Part shown: piece after piece, positions 25,383 to 50,100 of the stretch | Layout of the letters: each line of letters starts with the position of its first letter | Numbering within the stretch: position 1 is the stretch's first letter | DNA from: an uncultured Gemmatimonadales bacterium | GTDB taxonomy: Bacteria > Gemmatimonadota > Gemmatimonadetes > Longimicrobiales > Longimicrobiaceae | DNA: 64,000 bases | Assembly: GCA_963716255.1 (NCBI GenBank) | Contig: OY970303.1 | Span: forward strand, 6,656,001 to 6,720,000 | Direction: 5' to 3' | The notes under the pieces: model-generated | What the model was told of the DNA's origin: nothing | The model's database searches: none | Seen by the model: the letters and a program-made list of their open reading frames with translations, nothing else | Translations under genes and position numbers: made by a program

Positions 25383-28300
25383 TCAGCTCCCGATGTAGCG
25401 GAATCCGGCCCACGCCGCGGGTGAGCTCCGCGCGGGGTCGCGCGAGCGCAGCAGCTCCAGCTGGGCCTCGCGCAACGCCGCGGCCGGGTCGTCCAAGCGG
25501 AGGTAGGCGCGGTGGAACGCCAGCATCAACGGCCGCGTCAGCCGGTCGTCGGCCTCCCGCAGGCTCCCCACCACCCCACCCGCGCCCGCCGCCAGCAGCG
25601 CACCGGAGAATCCCGCCAGTCCGCCCGAGCGTCCCGCGCGCGAGCGCGCCGTGTGGCACGCCGCGAGCACCACCAGGCGCACCCCGCGGAGCTGGATTGC
25701 GTTCACGGCGTCCGCCGTGAGGCGCCCGGTGGTGTCGGGCCCCGCGAGCACCAGCGCCGACCGCTCCGGCCGCGCATCGTCGAACACCGCGTGGCCGGCG
25801 TAATGGATGACGCGGGCATCGGGCGCGCGGCGGAGCAGGGCGTCGCGCGTGGCGGCGGGACCCTGGAGCACCACGCTCGCCGGGTACACCGTGCGAAGCG
25901 AGGCGACCTCCGCCCGCGCGTCCCGGAGCCTGTCGAGCGTGGGGTACTGCATCGGGTCGAAGGCGGGGTCCGCCACGAGGAGCGCGGAGGCCGGCCGGCG
26001 GGCCGGGGGGGCGGACCGGGCCGCTTCGGCCAGGGTGGCGGCGAAGCGGAGCGGGTGGTCCTGCACCAGATAGCGGGCCGGCCCGGAGTCCACCAGGGCG
26101 TCGAAGGGCACACCGGCGATCTCGCCGTCCACGACGATCACGAGCGGCGTCCCGGCAGGCCCCAGGCGCTTCTCGACCGGCCGAACCAGCAGCTCGTGGA
26201 GCCGCGCCAGGTCCGGGCGGGCGAGCTCCGCCCGGACGGGCGACTCCAGCGCGGCGACGCTCCGCTCGATCATCGCGAGGACGTCGCCGCGGCGGACGAC
26301 CTGGCGCAGCAGGCGCACGTCGTCTCCGCGCAGCGTCCACGTGAGCAGCGTGTCCCCGATCAGGGCGTACTCCACCGCCACCTGCCCGGCGGGTGCCGCC
26401 GAACGGCCGGCGCCCAGCGCGGCGGCCCCGTACCCGGGCGCGAACGAGACGCGGCCCTGCTCCACCGCCTGCAGCGCGGCGATCGTGTCGCCGGCGCGCA
26501 GGTGCAGCATCACCATCTGGTCGAAGCGGCCGCGCGTGTGCTCCATCGCCGCGGCCCGCGTCGACGCGTCGTGGATCTCCTGGGAAAGGCCACGGACGTG
26601 GGCCGTGGCCGCGCTCAGGTCGGCGGTGGCGCCCGCCAGGTTCCCCCGCGCGAGCCGGACGTCGGCCCGGTGCAGGAGCGCGGGGAGAAGCCATCCCGAG
26701 TTGGTGTTCTCGCTGAAGAAGGCCACGGCGGAGTCCAGCTCCGCCGTTGAAGCCGTGGCGGGTGCCACGAGTGCGCGTGAGAAGTGTACCGTTTCGGTGA
26801 GCCACTTGCGCGGCTCTTCGGCGCGTATCTTCGCCAAGAGCGACTGGGCGCGGTCCACGTCACGCGCCGCCAGGGACGACCGCCCCTCGATCGAGCGGAT
26901 ACGAGCCCGGCCGAGGAGGGCCTCGACGGCGTTCGGCCGGCGGTGGTCGCGCATGGCTACGGCAACGTCCTCGTCCTGGACGGCCGCCGCGGCGCGGGGC
27001 ATCCGGTCGACGGCCGCGAAGTGCGCCAGCATGAACAGCGCGTTGTGGAGCCGAACGGATGAACGATATGCGCGCAGCGACATGATCCCGCGGTGCGTCA
27101 GGTGGTACGCTGCCAGCGTATCCCTCTGACCGTAGGCCGCTTCCCCCTCCATCTGCCACTGGGCCGCCGCGTACTCGGTCTCCCCCGCGCTTCCGAACAG
27201 CCGGGCCGCGGCCCGGTACGCAGCGCGTGCTTCCGGGAAGCGGTCGTTGCGGAGCAGTCCCGAGCCGCGCATCCACCAGGAGCGGGCGGCCAGAGCCGGA
27301 TACCGCGCCGGGTCGATCCGGGGCACCAGCGCCGCGAACGTGGCGTCGGCCCTGTCGAAATCGCCCGCGTATACCAGGGTCGCAGCCCGGAAGACTTCCG
27401 CCGTGAGCACGAGCACGGGGGAGAGCGGCCGCATCTTCACGACGTGCGTGAACGAGTCTCCCGCGGCGACCTGCTCCGAGCTATCGTACAGGCGCTGCCC
27501 CGCCGCGAACGTGCGGTGTGCGCGGGCGAGCCTGCGTGTGGCGGCGGGGCTGTCCTCGGCGGCCCGGATCGCCCGCACCGCGTCGGCCAGCGAGGCATCT
27601 CCGCCGCGTCCTTCCAGCGCGCCGCCCAGGCGCTCGGCGAGCTGCAGCAGCTCCGCGGCCCGGGCCGAGTGGCCGGCCTCGTGTGCGCTGCCCCAGTCGC
27701 CGAGCACCGAGTCCCACCCGTACAGGCGCGCCTCCTGCGGATGTGCGTCGGCGAACGCGCGCACCTCCGCCCCGGGAGCGCCGGGCCGGGGCGCCGGGGC
27801 CGTCGGAGGGGGCCGGAGGGAGCTGCGCCGCTCCCGCGCCTCGTCTGCCCACGTGCCCGTCGAGTCGATGCGCAGATACTCTGTCCAGGCGATCCCGGCC
27901 TGCTCATCCAGCCCCAGCGTTTGCAGCAGGAGGGCGGTGTTGAACCGCGCGGCCGGGTTGAGGGGCTCGGTCGCGACTGCCTCCAGTGCGTAGTTCAACC
28001 CTTCCAGCAGGTCGCGTGGATTCTGGGTGCGCTGGGCGCGGACGAAGTGTGCGCCCGACAGGTCGACCAGCAGCGGCACCCGCCGGCGCGAGAGCCGCAG
28101 CGCCCTGGACAGCCGGGCGACCGCCGCGTCCGCCGCCTGCTCCGTGTCGTCATCGCCGATGATCGCCAGCAGCGCCGACGCCTGGACCGAGTCCGGGTCG
28201 GAGCTTTCACCGGCATCGGCCAGCACCTCGAAGCCGGACAGTGGGCCGGCATCGGCTCCGCACGACTCGCGGGGCACCGTTTCGTCCGCCCCTGCTCGAC

Positions 28301-28517
28301 GGACGGAGCATGGGTGGTATTCGACCGGGATGGAGAAGCGCGGCGAGAGAACGCGGGTGGGCCGGGCAGCCGCCAGCTCGCTCAAGATCGTGGCGTGCGG
28401 AGGCTCACGGTGGGCCCCGGCCGCCATTGCTCCCAGGACGGTGGCGCCGCTCAGCAGCAGAAGGGGCCAGCGCTTCAGTGGTGCGCGAGGCAAGAGGCGT
28501 GACGAGGACTGAGACAC
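25383..28517 (-). CDS. Large TPR-like helical protein with C-terminal CHAT protease domain and N-terminal signal/anchor (about 1044 aa)
   Basis: KRWPLLLLSGATVLGAMAAG hydrophobic N-terminus; TPR-like ARFNTALLLQTLGL..A..AW.EYL.ID; CHAT motifs LVIVVDGEIAGVPFDAL, VIHYAGHA (His), LVVLAAC (Cys), LLAAGAGGVVGSL, ALREAQL, WAGF. GTG start is approximate. Confidence 0.9.
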   Translation of the reverse strand: MSQSSSRLLPRAPLKRWPLLLLSGATVLGAMAAGAHREPPHATILSELAAARPTRVLSPRFSIPVEYHPCSVRRAGADETVPRESCGADAGPLSGFEVLADAGESSDPDSVQASALLAIIGDDDTEQAADAAVARLSRALRLSRRRVPLLVDLSGAHFVRAQRTQNPRDLLEGLNYALEAVATEPLNPAARFNTALLLQTLGLDEQAGIAWTEYLRIDSTGTWADEARERRSSLRPPPTAPAPRPGAPGAEVRAFADAHPQEARLYGWDSVLGDWGSAHEAGHSARAAELLQLAERLGGALEGRGGDASLADAVRAIRAAEDSPAATRRLARAHRTFAAGQRLYDSSEQVAAGDSFTHVVKMRPLSPVLVLTAEVFRAATLVYAGDFDRADATFAALVPRIDPARYPALAARSWWMRGSGLLRNDRFPEARAAYRAAARLFGSAGETEYAAAQWQMEGEAAYGQRDTLAAYHLTHRGIMSLRAYRSSVRLHNALFMLAHFAAVDRMPRAAAAVQDEDVAVAMRDHRRPNAVEALLGRARIRSIEGRSSLAARDVDRAQSLLAKIRAEEPRKWLTETVHFSRALVAPATASTAELDSAVAFFSENTNSGWLLPALLHRADVRLARGNLAGATADLSAATAHVRGLSQEIHDASTRAAAMEHTRGRFDQMVMLHLRAGDTIAALQAVEQGRVSFAPGYGAAALGAGRSAAPAGQVAVEYALIGDTLLTWTLRGDDVRLLRQVVRRGDVLAMIERSVAALESPVRAELARPDLARLHELLVRPVEKRLGPAGTPLVIVVDGEIAGVPFDALVDSGPARYLVQDHPLRFAATLAEAARSAPPARRPASALLVADPAFDPMQYPTLDRLRDARAEVASLRTVYPASVVLQGPAATRDALLRRAPDARVIHYAGHAVFDDARPERSALVLAGPDTTGRLTADAVNAIQLRGVRLVVLAACHTARSRAGRSGGLAGFSGALLAAGAGGVVGSLREADDRLTRPLMLAFHRAYLRLDDPAAALREAQLELLRSRDPARSSPAAWAGFRYIGS

Positions 28518-28883
28518 GTGTATGTCACGGATGCGGGAAATGCGGAGGGATGGGAATGATCGAGAGGTAAGAAACTACGGAGCCGGCACGAACCCGGGGC
28601 GGCTGGTTGGGCATTCGCTCCGCCCGCCACTCGGGAATTGTCTCACATTGCACTCGCAGAGTCAACGGACATCGTGAGGAACTTTTGATCCAGGATTCGC
28701 CGCCTCATCACACCGGGCAGACGATACGCCCCGGAGCCGTGCGCGGCCCGGGTGAACTGCATGGCACCCGTCTGCCGCCGGGGAATCCGGAGTGATATGC
28801 GCCGGGGCGTGGGATGCCGGATAGGGTCGCCGTGCGGCGCCCTGCCCGGTAAAGGGCCGGGATGACCGCGCCAGCAATCGTTC

Positions 28884-29066
28884 CCTCCCAGGAAGTTTGC
28901 CCCTGGAACTCGTTCGCGGAGCCCACGGGCGAGACCGCGTTCCTGCCGCGCGACGGGATCGACTGCGCCTCCCCGATCGAGCCGATGGGGGTGACGCAGG
29001 AGGAGCTCTCGCGGCGCTTCAGGGGCTCGGTGGTGAAGCGGACCATGCAGCGGGGGCTGCTGCGCA
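28884..29066 (+). pseudogene. queG: 3' fragment of epoxyqueuosine reductase, copy 2 (more decayed)
   Basis: SQEVCPWN...GVTQEELSRRFRGSVVKRTMQRGLLR. Ungapped match to 17372..17554 with about 32 mismatches in 183 nt by hand count. Confidence 0.78.
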
Positions 29067-29162
29067 TCACCGCATCCATGACCCACACGGCCGGCCGGCG
29101 ACTGTTTGCCGGGGCGCGCCGGCCCCGTCCCTTCAGGTAGCCGACGCGAGCCGGACTCGCAG

Positions 29163-44138
<14,976 letters not shown>

Positions 44139-44169
44139 CGCTGGTCGCTTCCGCTGTGCATCGTGCGCC

Positions 44170-47100
44170 TCACTCCCCTCTCAGGAGCCGCATCGCCTCC
44201 TCCTCCGACATCTCCTCCAGGGCGCGCAGCTCCTCTTCCGAGAGGTCCCCGTCCCCGCCCGGCTCCAGCGACAGCGATTCCACCAGCGCGGCCATGGCGG
44301 CGACCGTCGGGTGCTCGAACACGGCCCGCAGCGGCAGCTCCACCCCCAGCGCCGCGCGGACCGCGGACACCAGGCGCGTGGCGAGCAGCGAGTGCCCGCC
44401 CAGCGCGAAGAAGCTGTCCGTCGCGCCCACCCGCTCCAGCCCCAGCGTTTCCGCCCAGACCGCGGCCAGCGCCTCCTCCGTCCACCCGGAGGGCGCCACG
44501 TACTCCGCCGGGGCGGGCGCCTCCGGCCGGGGCAGGGCGAGGCGGTCGATCTTGCCGTTGGGGGTCAATGGAAGCGTCTCCAGCGCCACGAAGGCGGAGG
44601 GCACCATGTACTCCGGGAGCCGCGCCCGCAGCCACTCCACCAGCGCGGCGGCGGAGCCGGCCTCCGCGCCCTCCTCGGGGACCAGGTACGCGGCCAGCCG
44701 CCGCTCGCCCGCGTCGTCCTCCCACGGCGCCGCGACCGCCTCGCGCACGCCGGGAAAGGCCCGCAGCGCGGCCTCCACCTCGGCGGGCTCCACGCGGTGG
44801 CCGCGGATCTTGAGCTGGAAGTCGGCGCGGCCCAGGAACTCCACGGCGCCGTCCGGCAGGCGCCGCCCCAGGTCGCCCGTGCGGTAGGCGCGCATCCCGC
44901 CGCCCTCGTCCCGGAACGCCGCGGCGGTCTGCTCCGGCCGGTTCCAGTAGCCCGCCGCCACGTGGGGGCCGCGGATGACGATCTCGCCCGCGCCGTACAC
45001 CGCCGGCTGCTCCCCGGCGGCGTTGACCAGCCACACCTCGGTGTCCGCCACCGGGCGGCCCACCGGCACGGTGCCGCGCGGCGGCGCGGCGCCGTGCTCG
45101 AAGAAGGCCTGCAGGGTGACGGTGGACTCCGTGGGGCCCAGCCCGTTCACCAGCGTGGCGCCGGGGAGGAAGTGGCGGTTGAACGCTTCCACGTCGCGGC
45201 CCTGCGTTTCCTCGCCCCCCAGCACCACCAGGCGCACGCCGGGAAAGCGCTCGTCCGCCGCGAGGCCGCCCGCCAGGTGGCGGAAGACGGTGGGCGTGGA
45301 GTGGTACAGGGTGATCCCCTGGCGCCGGATCCACCCGGCCACGCCGGCCGCGGCCTCCTCCCGCCAATCGAACGGGCAGAGCGTGGCGCCGTGGAGCAGC
45401 GCGCCGTAGACGGCCATGACCGCCGCGTCGAAGGTGTACGACGAGAACAGCGTCAGCACGTCGTCCGGGCCGATGCGCAGGTTGCGGCCGTAGACGCGGA
45501 CGTGGTGCAGCACGCCCCGGTGGCTCTGCACCACGCCCTTGGGCCGCCCCGTGGAGCCCGAGGTGTACAGGATGTACGCGGGCGCGCCGGGCTCCACGCG
45601 GGGCAGGGACGCGGCGTCCGTGGCGTCCGCGGTCCCGTCGTCCGCGTCCACGTCCACCAGCGGCACGCGCCCGCCGGCCAGCTCGCGCGCCAGCTCCAGG
45701 TTGGCGCCGTTGGTGAGGAGGGCGGCGGCGCCGGAGTCCTCCAGCACGTAGGCGCTGCGCTCCCGGGGATACAGGGGGTCGATGGGGACGTAGGTCTTGC
45801 CGGCCCGGAGCGCGCCCAGCATCCCCACGATCATCGCCGCGTCGTGCTCGAAGAGCAGCGCCACCCGCTCGCCCGGCCCGGGGCGGGCGCGCAGCAGGGC
45901 GCGCGCGGCGCGCTCCGCGGCCCGGTCCAGCTCCGCGTAGGTGAGGGTGCGCGTGCGGGTGCGCACCGCGACGCGGTCGGGGTGCAGCCGCGCGACCCGC
46001 CGGAATCGGTCCGTGATCGTCCCCTCCGCGTCCCCCGGCTCCCACTCCGGGAGCGGCCGCCCGCCGCCGATGCCGCGCGCGTGCCCGGCGCGGGCGGCCC
46101 GCTCCGCCGGCGCGAGCAGCGGCAGCGCGGACAGGCGCAGCTCCGGGTCGCGGCCGGCGCCCTCCAGCAGCGCGCGCAGGTGGGCCAGCAGCTCGGCCAT
46201 GCGCTCCGCCGCGAACAGCTCGGCGTCGTAGACCAGGTCCAGGCGGATGCCGCCGTCCGGCGCTTCCTCCGCGTACAGCGTCAGGTCGTAGCGCGCGGCC
46301 TCCTCGCCGCCGCCCTCCAGCGGCTCCAGAGCCAGGCCGGGGACGCCGCCGGGATCGCCGCCGCCGAAGGCCTGGAGGTTGAGCATCACCTGGAACACCG
46401 GCGCGTGGCTGAGCGACCGCTCCGGCTGGATCTCCTCCAGCACGCGCTCGAAGGGCACGTCCTGGTGGGCGTACGCCCCCAGCGTGGTTTCCCGCACGCG
46501 CCGCAGCAGCTCGCGGAACGCGGGGTCGCCGGACAGGTCGGTGCGCAGCGCCAGGGTGTTGAGGAAGAAGCCGATCAGCCCCTCGGTCTCGCGGCGGCCG
46601 CGCCCGGCGATGGGGGCGCCCACCACCACGTCCGTCTGCCCGGAGTAGCGCGCGAGCAGGGCGGACAGGCCGGCCAGCAGCGCCATGAACAGCGTCGCCC
46701 CCTCGGCGCGGGCGAGGGCCCGGACGGACTCGGCCACGTCCGGCTCCAGGTGGAGCGCGCGGACCGCGCCGCGGCCGGAGCGGACGGCCGGACGGGGGCG
46801 CTCCATGGGGAGCTCCAGCACGGTCGGGGCCCCGTGGAGCTGGCCGCGCCAGAAGCCGAGCTGCGCATCCAGCCGCTCCCCGCTCAGCCATTCCCGCTGC
46901 CACGCCGCGAAGTCGGCATACTGCACGGGCAGCTCCGGGAGCGCCGGCTCGCGCCCGCCCGTGCGGGCGGCGTACAGCTCGAACAGCTCCCTCACCAGCA
47001 CCTCCATGCTCCACCCGTCGGACACGATGTGGTGCATCGTCAGCAGCAGCGCGTGGTCGTCGGCACCGAGCCGCACGAGCGCGGTCCTCAGCAGCGGCCC

Positions 47101-50100
47101 GTGCGCCAGGTCGAAGGGACGCACCGCCTCATCGGCAACCAGCCGCTTCAGCTCCGCCCCGCGGCGCGCCTCCGGCAGCCCCGCCAGCTCCACCACCGGG
47201 AGCCGCTGCGGCCGGGCGGGCTCCACCCGCTGCACGGGCTCGCCGTCCACCACGGGGAAGCGGGTGCGCAGCGCCTCGTGCCGGCGCACCGTCCGCGTGA
47301 ACGCCCACTCCAGGGCGTCCGCGTCCAGCGCGCCCCGCAGGCGCAGGCGGAAGGGCATGTTGTAGGCGGCGGTGCCGGGCTCCAGCCGGTCCAGCAGCCA
47401 CAGCCGCTGCTGCGCGAACGACAGCGGCAGCGGCCCGTCGCGCGGCACGGGCACGATGGGCGGCGCGCCGCTCCCGGCGCCCTCCCGCCGCAGCCGGTCC
47501 ACGCGCTCCGCCAGGGCGGCCACGGTGGGGGCCTCGAACAGCGCCCGCAGCGGCAGCTCCACGCCGAACAGGTCGCGGACGCGGGAAACCACGCGCGTGG
47601 CGAGCAGCGAGTGCCCACCCAGCTCGAAGAAGCCGTCGTGGACGCCCACGCGCTCCACCCGCAGCGTTTCCGCCCAGGCGTCGGCGAGCGCGCGCTCGGT
47701 CGCGCTCCGCGGCGGCGCGTACTCGCGGCCGGACGCACCCTCCGGCGCGGGGAGGGCGCGCCGGTCCAGCTTTCCGTTGGGGGTGAGCGGCAGGTCCTCC
47801 AGCGCCACGAACGCGGATGGCACCATGTACTCCGGGAGCAGGCGGCCCAGGTGCGCCCGCAGCCCGGCCGCGTCCGGCGCCTCGCCGTCCGCCGTGAAGT
47901 ACGCCGCCAGGCGGCGGTCGCCGGGGGAATCCTCGCGCGCCACCACGACCGCCTCGCGCACGCCGGGAACCGTCCGCAGCGCGGCCTCGATCTCCCCCGG
48001 CTCGATGCGGAAGCCGCGCACCTTGACCTGCTGGTCCATGCGGCCCAGGTACTCCACCTGCCCGTCCGCCCGCCAGCGGGCCAGGTCGCCGGTGCGGTAC
48101 ATCCGCTCGCCGGGCCCGTCCGGGAACGGGTCGGGGACGAACCTTTCCGCCGTCAGCTCCGGCCGGCCCAGGTAGCCGCGCCCCACCTGCGCGCCGGCGA
48201 TGTGCAGCTCCCCGGGCACGCCCGGCGGCACGGGCTCCATCGCGCGGTCCAGCAGGAGGATGCGGGTGTTCGCCACCGGCGCCCCGATGAGCACCGGCCG
48301 GCCGGGCCGGCACGCCCAGGCGGTCACGTCCACGGCGGCCTCGGTGGGACCGTACAGGTTGTGCAGCTCCACGCCGGGGAAGCGGGCGAAGAAGCGCTCC
48401 TGCAGCTCCAAGGGGAGCGCTTCGCCGCTGCACACCACCCGGCGCAGCGCTCCGCGGCGTGCGGGCCCACCGGCGTCCAGGAACGCCGCCAGCATGGGCG
48501 GCACGAAGTGCAGCGTGGTGATCCGCTCGCGCTCCACGAGCCCCGCGAGGTACGCCGGGTCGCGGTGCCCCTCCGGCTTCGCCAGCACCAGCCGCGCGCC
48601 CGTGATCAGCGGCCAGAAGAATTCCCACACCGACACGTCGAACCCGAAGGGCGTCTTCTGGAGCACCGCGTCGTCCGCGCCCAGGCCGTACGCCTCCTGC
48701 ATCCACAGCAGCCGGTTGACGATGGCCGCGTGGGTGTTCATCGCGCCCTTGGGCCGCCCGGTGGAGCCGGAGGTGTAGATGACGTACGCCAGGTTGTCGG
48801 GGGACTGCGTGCGCGGAAGCGCGAGAGTGGGGGAGTGCCGGGGTCCGTCCGCATCCGCGTCCACCACGACGACCTTCCCACCGAACTCCGGGACCCGGTC
48901 CCGCAGCTCCTCCTGCGTCAGCAGCACCGGCACCGCGGAGTCGGACAGCAGGTAGGCCAGGCGCTCGGCGGGGTAGCCGGGGTCCAGCGGCACGTAGGCG
49001 CCCCCGGCCTTGAGCACGGCGAGCAGCGACGCCACCAGCTCCGGGCCGCGCTCCATGCACACGCCCACCCGCGTCTCCGGGCCCACGCCGCGCCGGCGGA
49101 GCAGGCGCGCGAGCCGGCCGGCGCGGTCGTCCAGCTCGCGGAAGGTGAGGGACGCGCCCTCGAAGACCAGCGCCACGGCGTCCGGGGTGCGCTCCACCTG
49201 CCGCTCCACCAGCTCGTGCAGGCAGGCGGGCGGGTAGCCGCGCGCGGTGGCGTTCCACTCGTGCACCACCTGCCGGCGCTCCTCCGGCGTGAGCAGCGGG
49301 AGCGTGGAGAGCGGGCGCTCCGGGGCGCGCACGGCGGCTTCCAGGAGCCGCTGGAAGTGGCGCAGCATGCGGTCGGCGGTGGCGGCCTCGAACAGGTCGG
49401 CTCGGAAGCGGAGCACGCACGCCGTGTGCTCCCGGGCCTCCAGCACGGACAGGCTCAGGTCGAACTGGGCGACGCCCTCGCCCGTGGGCAGCGGCTCCAC
49501 GCGCAGGCCGCCCAGCTCCAGCGCGGGCTGCCGCTCCACGTTCTCCAGCGTGAACATCACCTGGAAGAGCGGGGTGTGCGTCAGGCTGCGCTCGGGCTGG
49601 AGCTCCTCCACCAGCCGCTCGAAGGGCACGTCCTGGTGCGCGAAGGCGCCCAGCGTCGTTTCCCGCACCCGGGCCAGCAGCTCGCGGAACGAGGGATCGC
49701 CGGACAGCTCCGTCCGCAGCACCAGCGTGTTCAGGAAGAAGCCGATCAGCCCCTCCAGCTCGGTGCGGCCGCGCCCGGCGACGGGGGTGCCCACGGACAC
49801 GTTGTCCTGCCGCGACCAGCGGGCGAGCAGCAGCTGCCAGGCGGCCAGCAGCGCCATGAACGGCGTCGCGCCTCCCGCGCGCGCCAGCTGGCGGACGCCG
49901 TGCGCCAGCTCCGGCGGCAGCACGAGCTGCCGGCTGGCCGCGGGCGCTCCCTCCACCGGGCGGCGGGGATGGTCCGTGGGAAGCTCCAGCACCGGGGGGG
50001 CGCCGCCGAGCTGGTTTCGCCAGTAGCCGAGCTGCGCCGCGAGCGCGTCGCCGGCGAGCCACCCGCGCTGCCAGGCGGCGTAGTCGGCGTACTGGATGGG

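Noticed and set aside
16662..29162. CRISPR array, cas genes, tRNA or integrase in the island
   Set aside because: No regularly spaced repeats, cloverleaf or recombinase motifs recognised.
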